From IMG/VR virus record IMGVR_UViG_3300033075_001508, positions 1 through 64,000 of that record: a DNA stretch of 64,000 nt. One strand, written 5' to 3'. Below are positions 38,798 to 48,098 of the stretch, piece after piece. Positions within the stretch are counted from its first letter, which is position 1, and every line of letters starts with the position of its first letter. Under the pieces are notes generated by a model that was not told the origin of the DNA, made no database searches, and saw only the letters and a list, made by a program, of their open reading frames with translations. This DNA comes from a virus (taxonomy: Duplodnaviria; Caudoviricetes). A program made the position numbers and the translations under genes.

Positions 38798-39477
38798 ACC
38801 TATCGGTCGTAATACCAGCAGCAGGCCTAGGTCGTAGGATGCGTTCTTACGGCCCTAAATCTCTTTTGAAGGTCGGCAAAGAGCGACTTATCGTCCGTCA
38901 ACTTCGCATCCTCAGAGAAGTCTTTCCTGGGTGCGAGGTCGTGGTCGTCCTCGGCTTTGAGGCGGACCGGATTCGGAAGTATTTGCCGTCCTGGGTTCGG
39001 GTGGTGTTCAACGACGAATATGAGACCACCAACGTAGCCAGGAGTATCGCTATCGGCCTAAAGAGTTGCCGGCACGAACGCGTTCTCGTGGTATATGGCG
39101 ACCTGGCGTTCGACTGCGAAGCCCTAGCCCCTTTCAAAGAGCGGACACGCTCCTGCGTGCTGGTAGATACCCTTGGCTTGATTCGTGACGGCGAAGTTGG
39201 GGTGAACGTCGTGGAAGACCGCGCCCTTTACTTCTCGTACGGTCTCGACGCCAAGTGGGCGCAGCTAGCACTTCTAACCGGCCGCGAAAAACACCTCTTT
39301 CAAAAGCTGGCGTTCGAGTCAGACAAATCTCGCTTCTTCGGTTACGAAATCCTCAACCTGCTACTCGAAGACGACGGCACCAGTCTTGATGCCATCTCTC
39401 CTGCCAAAATGGCAGTCGCCGAAGTTGATTGCACACGCGACCTGGAAAACGCCACCAGCCTATTGACTTCCTGCTAA
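38794..39477 (+). CDS. Sugar/phosphocholine nucleotidyltransferase (LicC-like)
   Basis: IPAAGLGRRM..PKSLL, YETTN, VYGDL, EVD. Confidence 0.8.
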   Translation: MNLSVVIPAAGLGRRMRSYGPKSLLKVGKERLIVRQLRILREVFPGCEVVVVLGFEADRIRKYLPSWVRVVFNDEYETTNVARSIAIGLKSCRHERVLVVYGDLAFDCEALAPFKERTRSCVLVDTLGLIRDGEVGVNVVEDRALYFSYGLDAKWAQLALLTGREKHLFQKLAFESDKSRFFGYEILNLLLEDDGTSLDAISPAKMAVAEVDCTRDLENATSLLTSC

Positions 39478-39525
39478 TCTCGATTAAAGTACGACCAACA
39501 CTAATTCATAGGACCAGGCTATCAA

Positions 39526-40581
39526 ATGAAGGTCATGTGCGTTTACACCCCTGCTGGACCAAGCTATGTGCGTTCCGGCTGGGGGCGAGTTTTTGCCGCG
39601 TGCGGTCACAAGTTTGTTTTCTGGAGGCCCGAAGTCAAGTCGGCGTTCGACGCCTTCAGCGAGCAGGAACCGGACCTTTTCATTGGGACAACGTACGACC
39701 TGGACCGAGCGGTCGCCAAGTGCATCGCCGCGCGTCCGCACATGAAGGTCGCCCTGTTCGGTTCGGCCTGGGGTCCGTACCTGAACGACATCGACCTGCA
39801 ACGCTATCCCCTGGTGGTCACCAGTGAGCAGGAAAAGCGTGCAATCGAGCTTCTGAAGAAAGAGACCGGCAAGCCCGACTTGGTCTTCATTCACGCCCAT
39901 GACCGCTGGCTCGAAGGAACCATGAGCGGCTGGGGCTCCATTGGAGTCAAGTACGCCGGCATCCTCAACGCGGCCGACACGTTCGTTTACCTCAATGGGC
40001 GGCACCGTCCCGAGCTTGCGTGCGACGTGGCGTTTGTGGGCGGGTACTGGGGCTACAAGGCTCGCAACCTCAACACGCACATGCTGCCGCTCTGCGAGGC
40101 CGGGCGTGGACTCAGAGTGAAAATCTTCGGGAACCAACATTGGCTGGTGGCTCAATACCTCGGCGGGATTGACGACGCGGACGTGAAGGACTTGTTTGTT
40201 TCCGCTACCGTTTGCCCGAACGTAAGCGAACCTCACAGTACGGACAAGGGGCTCGGCTGGGACATCATCGAACGCCCATTCAAAATTGCATCGTCGGGAG
40301 GCTTCTGCGTCAGCGACTACGTCGAGGAAGCGCGAGACCTGTTCGATGAGAACGAACTACCAATGGCGGACACGCCCAGTCGGTTCCATGAACTTGTAAG
40401 GTTCTTTGTCGACAATCCCGGGTCGCGCGACAACAAGAGGGAGAGGTTTCGTCGAAAGGTCCTGACGGACCACACCTACTTCGAGCGCGTTGCGGACATG
40501 CTGGATGCGTTGGGAATGACGAAGGAAGTGGCGAGAGTGTTGCAGGTGAAGGGTGAGTATTTGAAAGGACAGTTAATTTAG
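39526..40581 (+). CDS. GT-B glycosyltransferase (CgeB-like)
   Basis: NAAD, DVAFVGG, CPNVSE, ERPFKI..GGF, HTYFER. Confidence 0.75.
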   Translation: MKVMCVYTPAGPSYVRSGWGRVFAACGHKFVFWRPEVKSAFDAFSEQEPDLFIGTTYDLDRAVAKCIAARPHMKVALFGSAWGPYLNDIDLQRYPLVVTSEQEKRAIELLKKETGKPDLVFIHAHDRWLEGTMSGWGSIGVKYAGILNAADTFVYLNGRHRPELACDVAFVGGYWGYKARNLNTHMLPLCEAGRGLRVKIFGNQHWLVAQYLGGIDDADVKDLFVSATVCPNVSEPHSTDKGLGWDIIERPFKIASSGGFCVSDYVEEARDLFDENELPMADTPSRFHELVRFFVDNPGSRDNKRERFRRKVLTDHTYFERVADMLDALGMTKEVARVLQVKGEYLKGQLI

Positions 40582-40683
40582 TTTGTTATTGGCTACCCCA
40601 TAACATTTCAAGAGTCGGCTTTTGTATTTGGTGCCGTTCTCGCTAATTGAGCGCTAAATAAGCGTTCTTACACGACACCATAT

Positions 40684-41241
40684 ATGTCTCACGATGTATT
40701 CGAGGCGCGTTATCACGCCAAAAGAAACGCTGGTATTTCTGCCAAACGGAAGGATGGTAGTTACTGCTCTGCTGAAACAGATAAGCAAGCTGGACATGCA
40801 GAGCTATTTGCAGCAAATGAGTTAGGAGGTGTTGCGAACACCTCGGTTACCGTCACTGGCGACGGTGGATACGATTTCTCTGTTGATGTCATCACATCAA
40901 ACGGTAGCATAACCAAAATGGGCGTAGAAGTGGTGTGGAACGGATTCGCTCCGGGAAAAGACAGGGCACCTCGCGTGGGAGGGACCTTAATCATCAACCC
41001 GTTCGAGTTTGAACAGCGTTATGGTAATAGTAGCTTGTTCATCTTGGTTGGTGGAACAATTGAATACGGTTTCTCGTTCTTGGGATGGGCAACCATTAAG
41101 GACCTAACTAAGAGACCAACACGGGATTTTGGTTACGGTCCAAGATATTGGGTTCCTGCTAACGAATTACGGCAGATAAACACACTGAAACGCCTTATTG
41201 TCAGTTCAAGCGAAAAGGACGGCGATGGCAAGGCCGCTTAA
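40684..41241 (+). CDS. Hypothetical protein, possible PD-(D/E)XK-fold nuclease
   Basis: GHAE...GDGGYDF...VEV, FLGW; AT-richer. Confidence 0.45.
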   Translation: MSHDVFEARYHAKRNAGISAKRKDGSYCSAETDKQAGHAELFAANELGGVANTSVTVTGDGGYDFSVDVITSNGSITKMGVEVVWNGFAPGKDRAPRVGGTLIINPFEFEQRYGNSSLFILVGGTIEYGFSFLGWATIKDLTKRPTRDFGYGPRYWVPANELRQINTLKRLIVSSSEKDGDGKAA

Positions 41242-41779
41242 AGTCCTTATCGCTAGGGATGAACTACACGACCTCTACGTCACTCAAAACAAAAGTCTCG
41301 CAGAAATTGGCGAGTTATTTGGTATTTCAGCGGCTAGCGTCCTTTCCCGTTTAAGACAGTTAGGTATACCACGGCGACCACCGATGCTTAGCCATAAAAG
41401 TGGCGACAATCATCCAAAGTGGAAAGGGTGCGGGGTTGTCCCCGGTTGGTATTGGTGTATGGTTCGCCGAAACGCTGCTCTTCGTGGTATAGCTCTGACT
41501 GTAACCATTGAAGATATATCAAAGTTGTTTGAGAAGCAACAACATCGCTGCTTTTATACAGGGTTACCAATTTGGTTCGATAGAGCCGACCGCAGGACGA
41601 ACTCTACCGCATCTTTAGACAGAATTGATAGTGATGGTGATTACAGTATCACCAACCTTCAATGGGTCCACAAAGATGTTCAACAAATGAAAATGGACCT
41701 CTCGCATGAAAGGTTTGTGGAACTATGCCAGCTAACAGCGGAACAGGCCAAAAGCAAAGTATTTCAGCAAGCATCGTAA
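41225..41779 (+). CDS. HNH-like endonuclease family protein with N-terminal HTH
   Basis: SLAEIGELFGIS; RCFYTG; TASLDRIDSDGDY..NLQWVHKDVQQMK. Confidence 0.75.
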   Translation: MARPLKVLIARDELHDLYVTQNKSLAEIGELFGISAASVLSRLRQLGIPRRPPMLSHKSGDNHPKWKGCGVVPGWYWCMVRRNAALRGIALTVTIEDISKLFEKQQHRCFYTGLPIWFDRADRRTNSTASLDRIDSDGDYSITNLQWVHKDVQQMKMDLSHERFVELCQLTAEQAKSKVFQQAS

Positions 41780-42615
41780 TAAGCAGCTACAACCGTCTAT
41801 CCCTGTTTCGCAGGACGCTCTGGGCTATCGCTAATAGACCACCTTCTTGTCCGTTTGAGGTTGTGGTTGTGGACGACGGGTCAACCGAAGATATTTTCGG
41901 TGAACTTAGTCTTTATTCGTCGGCCTTTCGATGGAAGTTCGTTCGATTCGACGCGGCAAGCTTTGAGAGGGTTACAGGACTCAAGAAATTCCTCAATAAT
42001 CCATCGGCATCTAATAATGTTGGTTTTAGACATACCTCTGGAGACCTCATTTTCCAGCAAGGCAACGAGGTTATTGCTTGGGAGGGGTGCTACGACCAAC
42101 TTATCGCGGACAAGCCCGATGCGGACCACTACATGGTCATGTCGACCACCTACGACGTTCCTGCTCAGTATCTGGACCAACTCGACCAGTATGGGTCGAA
42201 CCTCGACCAACGAATTGTAAACGCGTGCGTCCGCTGGCCGCTCCAAAGCAAGCACTACCGGTCGGACGTCACCAACTATATCAGCCTGGCCCCTCGTGCG
42301 CTCTGGGAAACTCTAAACGGATACGACGAACGATATTACGGCGGCATCTCGGCAGAAGACTCCGACTTTGTTCGGCGAGCCCGCTGTCTTCCAGGTTTCA
42401 AGCAGGTGATTAGCGAGGGGATAAGCCTGCACCAATACCACAAGGGTCGGACCACCTATTATTTTCCACCGCCATCCGTGATTACGCGTCAGCGTTGGGA
42501 TGAGGGGGTGGCCATCAACCATGCCATTTATCACGCATGGGACGGCACCTGCCGGAACCCGCAGAAGTGGCCTTGGGGCGAGTTGGGCGTTATGGAGGTT
42601 ATCACCAACACATGA
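41725..42615 (+). CDS. GT2 glycosyltransferase
   Basis: SIVISSYNR, VVVVDDGSTE, NGYDERY..EDSDF. Confidence 0.8.
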   Translation: MPANSGTGQKQSISASIVISSYNRLSLFRRTLWAIANRPPSCPFEVVVVDDGSTEDIFGELSLYSSAFRWKFVRFDAASFERVTGLKKFLNNPSASNNVGFRHTSGDLIFQQGNEVIAWEGCYDQLIADKPDADHYMVMSTTYDVPAQYLDQLDQYGSNLDQRIVNACVRWPLQSKHYRSDVTNYISLAPRALWETLNGYDERYYGGISAEDSDFVRRARCLPGFKQVISEGISLHQYHKGRTTYYFPPPSVITRQRWDEGVAINHAIYHAWDGTCRNPQKWPWGELGVMEVITNT

Positions 42616-43580
42616 AAATCTTGGTTACTGGCGTCAACGGCTTCCTCGGCTCGCACATCCTTCGCCGGCTTCGGCAAGAAGACCGGGATATGGATATCGT
42701 TGGGGTGAGCCGGCAGTCCTATAAGCATATCTGGGACGTCACCTTAGATGGTGACCACACCCAGCGATATCAGGAAGTGTATTGCGACCTGGAATGCGAG
42801 ACGATGGTCGCCGCCCTCCTGCTTCGCTTCAAGCCGGATGTCATCTTCCATATCGCGGCCAATCCGCTGGTCAAGGAAGACGAGAGGGCTCCCTGCAAAG
42901 TCTCGCACACCAACGTGCTGGCGACTCACCATCTGCTCGCGTACGCCCCGCAAGGCTGTCGGTTCGTCTACTGCTCCAGCGCGACCGTATATGGAGCTTC
43001 GCTCCCCACCTTTCAAAAATGGGAGGAGGGAGACGATACAATTCCTAATTCGGTTTACGGAGCCACCAAACTCGCTTCGGAAATTTTTGTCAACACATTA
43101 TATGAGCAGGGAAGGGTCAGTTCGCTCATCTTCCGGCCGGTCGCAAATGTCGGCGCTCACGCCACGCACGGAGTTGTCCTGGACCTGGTTCGGAAGTTAA
43201 AGTCCGATAGCCCCACCCTCGAACTGCTGGGCGAATCTCCGGGCTCAATTAAGCCATACAACCATGCTATCGACACAGCCGAAGCGTTTGTCAAGCTTGG
43301 TTTGAACACCAACTTTACTGGCGTTTTCAATATCTCGGCTGACGACGAAATCTCCGTTGAGGACCTCGCCAAGACGCTTATGGACGCGACCGGTATCCGC
43401 AAGCCAATCACCTGGGCCGGCAAGTCCTCAGTATGGCGCGGCGACCAGCCAGTTGTTCGTGTCTGCAACAAGTGGCTAAAAGCCAACGGCTGGACCCCCA
43501 AATACCCAACTTCAAAAGAGGCCGTCTTTCAAGCCGGACGCGAATTGAGCGTCCTTTTAGGAGGTAGCAAGGTAGCATAA
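42612..43580 (+). CDS. NAD-dependent epimerase/dehydratase (extended SDR)
   Basis: ILVTGVNGFLG, HIAA, SSATVYG, YGATK. Confidence 0.88.
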   Translation: MKILVTGVNGFLGSHILRRLRQEDRDMDIVGVSRQSYKHIWDVTLDGDHTQRYQEVYCDLECETMVAALLLRFKPDVIFHIAANPLVKEDERAPCKVSHTNVLATHHLLAYAPQGCRFVYCSSATVYGASLPTFQKWEEGDDTIPNSVYGATKLASEIFVNTLYEQGRVSSLIFRPVANVGAHATHGVVLDLVRKLKSDSPTLELLGESPGSIKPYNHAIDTAEAFVKLGLNTNFTGVFNISADDEISVEDLAKTLMDATGIRKPITWAGKSSVWRGDQPVVRVCNKWLKANGWTPKYPTSKEAVFQAGRELSVLLGGSKVA

Positions 43581-43602
43581 CTTTCTGGTTATTGGCTAAT
43601 TC

Positions 43603-43617
43603 GGTGTATCTCCTATC
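43603..43617 (+). promoter_or_regulatory. GGTGTATCTCCTATC motif, putative phage promoter
   Basis: Identical to 5818-5832; followed by SD AAGGAG and an HNH start. Confidence 0.5.
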
Positions 43618-43635
43618 GAAGGAGATTAGCCAGTT

Positions 43636-44331
43636 ATGCCGTACCAGCCAGACAGAGCATTTTTACTCAACCAATACGTCGAATTGGAAAAGTCCCAATC
43701 AGCGATAGCCAAAGATATTGGATGTTCACAATCACAGGTTTACCTACTTCTAAAAAAGCACAATATTCCAGCGCGAAGAGAGTGCAACCTTCGCAAGGAT
43801 ATTTCCGGAAAACGATTCGGTAAATTAGTTGTCGTTTCTCCTGCCGGCTCAGACAAGAACGGCGCAAAATGGCTTTGCGAATGCGATTGTGGCAACACGA
43901 GTATTGTTCGAGGAAAAAATCTTCGTCGTGGTCTGACCGGCTCATGCGGGTGCGACCGAGGAGTAAGCAGACGACGAACAAAAGGGTATGGACAAATCAT
44001 AGGCCCTTTGTGGCATTCCATTGAGCGAGGGGCCAGGATTCGCGGCCACGACTTTTGCATCACCCCTAAGTTCGCCTGGGAACTATTCGAACAGCAAGGC
44101 GGAAAGTGCGCATTAAGTGGTGTTCCACTTACCCTACCATCAAACAAGAGTGAGTATCTAAGCCGCGAGTGGACCGCCTCTCTTGACCGTATTGATAGTA
44201 AACGCGGATACCACGACGACAACGTTCAGTGGGTACATAAGACCGCCAACATGATGAAACAGGGACTTACACAAAACGATTTTGCTATATGGTGCGGCAT
44301 AATCCATAAGCACCTAACAACGAGTAGTTGA
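43636..44331 (+). CDS. HNH-like endonuclease family protein with N-terminal HTH
   Basis: AIAKDIGCSQS; CECDCG..SCGC; TASLDRIDSKRGY..NVQWVHKTANMMK. Confidence 0.75.
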   Translation: MPYQPDRAFLLNQYVELEKSQSAIAKDIGCSQSQVYLLLKKHNIPARRECNLRKDISGKRFGKLVVVSPAGSDKNGAKWLCECDCGNTSIVRGKNLRRGLTGSCGCDRGVSRRRTKGYGQIIGPLWHSIERGARIRGHDFCITPKFAWELFEQQGGKCALSGVPLTLPSNKSEYLSREWTASLDRIDSKRGYHDDNVQWVHKTANMMKQGLTQNDFAIWCGIIHKHLTTSS

Positions 44332-44332
44332 T

Positions 44333-45346
44333 ATGTCTACACCTAATGTGTTAGTGACAGGTTGCTGCGGATACATTGGCTCCGTTTTGGTGGGACAACT
44401 TCTAAACGCGGGATGTCGTGTCATTGGTGTCGACAACCTGTTCTATAAGAACGGCTACGCCGTCCTCCCCTATCTGGGTCATGAGCGTTTCCAGTTTTTC
44501 AGAATGGATGTCCAGGACACCAGAAATCTTGCGTTCCTTGCGGAGCAATGCGACGTCATTATTCCTCTGGCCGCGATGGTCGGAGCGCCCATCTGCGAGA
44601 AAGACGAACATCATATTCGGTGGGCAACCTCCATCAACTCCTGGTCCATCACCGATTTGGTGGAGAGCCTAAGCCCGAACCAGCGAGTCATCTATCCAAA
44701 CACCAACTCTGGGTACGGCCAGACCGAGGGCGACCGGTACGTCACCGAGCATGACTTGCTTGCCCCCATCTCCGTTTACGGAAAGACCAAGTGCGAGGGC
44801 GAGAAGGCGGTTCTCAACCATCCGAACGGCGTCAGCTTGCGACTTGCCACGGTCTTCGGTGCGAGCCCGCGCATGCGGATGGACCTGATGGTGAACGACT
44901 TTACGTGGCGGCTCTTCAACATCCGGCATCGTCTCAATTTGCGCGAATCTGGCAAGACGATTGGTACGACCAAGGCGGACGTACAGCTATCCATTTACGA
45001 ACCACACTTTAAGCGAAACTTCGTTCATGTCCGTGACGTGTGCAACGCCTTCCTGTTCATGCTCGGTCGGCATCACCTACGCGGTCCGTACAACCTCGGC
45101 TTGCCTACGGCCAACCTGACCAAGATGGAACTTGCTCACGCCATCTGCGACATCCTGGGCCTCGACCGCCGCGTTGTGGTCGTCGGGAACGGGGAAGACC
45201 CCGACAAGCGCAACTATTTGGTAAGCAACGAGAAGATTCTCTCAACAGGATTCTTGTTCAAGCACACCTTGGAAATGGGTGTGCGCGAAGTCGAAACCGT
45301 TTGCTCTACTTGTTCCACGCAACTTGGAGATATGAGGAATTGTTAA
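44333..45346 (+). CDS. NAD-dependent epimerase/dehydratase (extended SDR)
   Basis: VLVTGCCGYIG, LAAMVG, YGKTK, RLATVFG.SPRMRMDL. Confidence 0.88.
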   Translation: MSTPNVLVTGCCGYIGSVLVGQLLNAGCRVIGVDNLFYKNGYAVLPYLGHERFQFFRMDVQDTRNLAFLAEQCDVIIPLAAMVGAPICEKDEHHIRWATSINSWSITDLVESLSPNQRVIYPNTNSGYGQTEGDRYVTEHDLLAPISVYGKTKCEGEKAVLNHPNGVSLRLATVFGASPRMRMDLMVNDFTWRLFNIRHRLNLRESGKTIGTTKADVQLSIYEPHFKRNFVHVRDVCNAFLFMLGRHHLRGPYNLGLPTANLTKMELAHAICDILGLDRRVVVVGNGEDPDKRNYLVSNEKILSTGFLFKHTLEMGVREVETVCSTCSTQLGDMRNC

Positions 45347-45544
45347 ATGCGATGCAGCGAATGCGAGCGTCCCGTTCTGGTAATTCCGCTACGGGGCAGA
45401 AAGCGAAGCCGTAAAGCCCGCGCCGGCATTCCGGTCTCCATTAAAGACCACGACCTTTGTGCCAAATGTTGGGAACGAGCCCAGAACCAGTTTCATGCGG
45501 CTCGGCTACTGAGAGAACAGGAGTTGGAAATAAATGCAGCGTGA
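45347..45544 (+). CDS. Small Zn-finger protein
   Basis: CSEC...CAKC. Confidence 0.5.
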   Translation: MRCSECERPVLVIPLRGRKRSRKARAGIPVSIKDHDLCAKCWERAQNQFHAARLLREQELEINAA

Positions 45545-45851
45545 CCAGATTCAAGAGCTAGAACTTCCGCATTACACAGCATACACAAAAGACGATACCA
45601 GCACGTTCGACTTTGATAACGACGAACATTTCTTCGTAGACATCAGCAAAGATGGCTCTCACAACAAACCGAGCGGCTTTGTGTCGGCGACTGTGACTTT
45701 GTTGTTCTTTCTCGCCTTCTTGTCTCTTGGCGTCATTACCGGTATCCGGTTTGGGCAAGACCTGGAGCGTGAGCAAGCGATGGCAGCAAAAGTTGGACGC
45801 TACATTATCAACGAAGAAACTGGTACAAAGGCGTTCGTGTACGGACCTTAG
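45534..45851 (+). CDS. Hypothetical membrane protein
   Basis: One transmembrane segment. Confidence 0.5.
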   Translation: MQRDQIQELELPHYTAYTKDDTSTFDFDNDEHFFVDISKDGSHNKPSGFVSATVTLLFFLAFLSLGVITGIRFGQDLEREQAMAAKVGRYIINEETGTKAFVYGP

Positions 45852-45865
45852 CGAGTATTATCTGT

Positions 45866-46894
45866 ATGATAATCTCTCGCACACCAGTTCGTGTATCTTT
45901 CCTGGGTGGCGGAACAGACTACCCCAGCTGGTTTCTTAAACATGGCGGAATCGTAGTCGGCGGTGCCCTGAACAAGTTTTCCTTCATTTCCGCCCGCTAC
46001 CTTCCGCCCTTTCATACCTATAAGACCCGTGTTGTCTACTCCGACATCGAAACGGTCAACAGTAACAACGCCATTGAACATCGGGCTATTCGCGCCTGCT
46101 TGCAACATTTGAAGCTGGACGGACCAACCTCGCCCGGCTTCGAAATCTTCCACGCAGCAGACCTTCCCGGCCGTTCTGGCACCGGTTCCAGTTCCACCTT
46201 CGTCGTAGGACTGCTCAATGCTCTCTCGGCTATGCAGGGAAGGCTCATGCTGCCCTACGAGCTTGCCGAGGCCGCTATCCACATCGAACAACGCCTGATG
46301 GGCGAGACCGTGGGATGTCAGGACCAGATGTGGGCCGCTCATGGCGGTTTGTCCGTCATCAAGTTCGCGCCAAACGGCGAGATGAACGTGTATCCGCTGG
46401 CGCTCCAACATAGCCAGATTGAAGCGCTGGAGGCACACACCATGCTCTTTTTCACTGGCGTCAACCGAACAAGCAGTGACATTGCCAGCAGCTACGCCCC
46501 TTCCCTCGCAGAACGCGAACGTGAACAGTGGGCGATGATTCGGCTCGCGGAACAAGGCGTTGAAGCCATCCAGCGGGGCCGCTACGACCGTCTGGGCTGG
46601 CTCGTTGACCAGTCATGGAGAATCAAGGCTGGCTTGAGCGACAAGGTCTCCAGCGAGCATATCTGCAAGCTCTACAACACGGCCCGGGTCTGCGGAGCAT
46701 TCGGCGGCAAGATTACTGGCGCTGGCGGTGGCGGCTGCATGCTGTTGGTTGTTAAGCCCGAGAAGCGAGCCAAGATTATCACCCACCTGGAAGGTCTGGG
46801 GGCGGTCCACATCCCATTTCGTTTTCACCTGGACGGTTCGTCCATCATTTTTTCTGAGAGGGACAATATTCGTGAGTATCGACCTGCGAGGTAA
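45866..46894 (+). CDS. hddA: GHMP sugar kinase, D-glycero-alpha-D-manno-heptose-7-phosphate kinase-like
   Basis: SRTPVRVSFLGGGTD, DLPGRSGTGSSS, GCQDQ, GKITGAGGGG. Confidence 0.8.
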   Translation: MIISRTPVRVSFLGGGTDYPSWFLKHGGIVVGGALNKFSFISARYLPPFHTYKTRVVYSDIETVNSNNAIEHRAIRACLQHLKLDGPTSPGFEIFHAADLPGRSGTGSSSTFVVGLLNALSAMQGRLMLPYELAEAAIHIEQRLMGETVGCQDQMWAAHGGLSVIKFAPNGEMNVYPLALQHSQIEALEAHTMLFFTGVNRTSSDIASSYAPSLAEREREQWAMIRLAEQGVEAIQRGRYDRLGWLVDQSWRIKAGLSDKVSSEHICKLYNTARVCGAFGGKITGAGGGGCMLLVVKPEKRAKIITHLEGLGAVHIPFRFHLDGSSIIFSERDNIREYRPAR

Positions 46895-47858
46895 GAAGGT
46901 CCTCGTGACCGGAGGCAACGGCTTTCTTGGGCGGCATCTTTGTAGAGTGTTAGGTGGTTGTGGTGCCATGACCACGTCGTTAAGTAGCGGCAGCAAACTG
47001 CATGACCTGGGATGTGCGTACAACACCATTTACTCTGATATACCTGATTACGTCTTTCATCTTGCTGGCTACAACGGCGGTATCGAGTTCAATCGCAAAA
47101 ATCCGGCAGACATCTTCTACCGCAACACAGTCATGGGACTCAACGTCCTCGAAGCCTGCCGCCAGGCCGGTGTCAAGAAGGTCGTGAGCGTGGTGGCAAG
47201 CTGCGCCTACGGAGACGACCCGTTGTTTCGCGGACAATTCGCAGGAAGCAACATCGAGGTTACTCAACAAGGCATTCTACACGAAAAGAACTTTTTGGCG
47301 GGTCAACCCAACGATTCTGTTGCCTGCCACGGCTACGCCAAACGCAACCTCCAACTTGCCTCTCGCTTCTACCGCGACCAGTACGGCTGCAACTTCATCT
47401 GCGCCTGCCCGACGACCCTGTACGGACCAGGGGACAGCTACGACCCGCAACGCACCAAGGTGATGGGCGGCATGATTAAGCGGTTTGTCGACGCCGCCAA
47501 CCAGAAGCTGGACGAAGTCCAGTGCTGGGGCTCCGGTAACGCGCTCCGCGAATTCCTCTACGTCGAGGACGCCGCGAAGTTGCTCATCAAGGTCATGGAG
47601 CGGCACGAAAACAACCAAGACCCACTGAATCTTGGAAGCGGCCAGGAAGTGTCTATTCGAGACCTAGCCACGCTGGTAGCCATCCACGCTGGATACGAAG
47701 GACGCATTGCCTGGGACACCAGCAAACCTGATGGGCAGCTTCGCAAGCGATTGGACACAACGCGTCAGGAACGAGTTATCGGCCCATTTGAATTCACTCC
47801 GCTCACTGTGGGTGTCGCAAAGACGGTGGCCGCATATCGAAAAGATTTTTACGCGTAA
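46872..47858 (+). CDS. fcl: GDP-L-fucose synthase-like epimerase/reductase
   Basis: TGGNGFLG, HLAGYNGGI, SCAY, YAKR, LYGPGD, WGSG..REFLYVED, KPDGQ. Confidence 0.8.
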   Translation: MSIDLRGKKVLVTGGNGFLGRHLCRVLGGCGAMTTSLSSGSKLHDLGCAYNTIYSDIPDYVFHLAGYNGGIEFNRKNPADIFYRNTVMGLNVLEACRQAGVKKVVSVVASCAYGDDPLFRGQFAGSNIEVTQQGILHEKNFLAGQPNDSVACHGYAKRNLQLASRFYRDQYGCNFICACPTTLYGPGDSYDPQRTKVMGGMIKRFVDAANQKLDEVQCWGSGNALREFLYVEDAAKLLIKVMERHENNQDPLNLGSGQEVSIRDLATLVAIHAGYEGRIAWDTSKPDGQLRKRLDTTRQERVIGPFEFTPLTVGVAKTVAAYRKDFYA

Positions 47859-48098
47859 AAGTTGACTTTTGCTGTTTTCTGCGTGTAGGGTTATTAGCTA
47901 ACACGCCAGTAACTTAGCGGCTTAACTACTCAAAAAGCTTTCACTTACCACCTTTGGTTTTCAACTATTCGCTAGGTGATGATAAGCAGGGAAGTATTCC
48001 TCGGTCTTACCTTTGGCTCAAACGGTTTTTGATAGTTCAAAGACAAAGCATTAGCAGGGAAAGTCTCATCGGTTAACACTTTCTCCAGAAGGTTTCGA

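Noticed and set aside
41761-41763. ATT start for the GT2 gene
   Set aside because: An in-frame ATG exists at 41725
5796-44332. Group I introns housing the endonuclease genes
   Set aside because: Flanking non-coding stretches are too short for a ribozyme core, and neighbouring genes look complete
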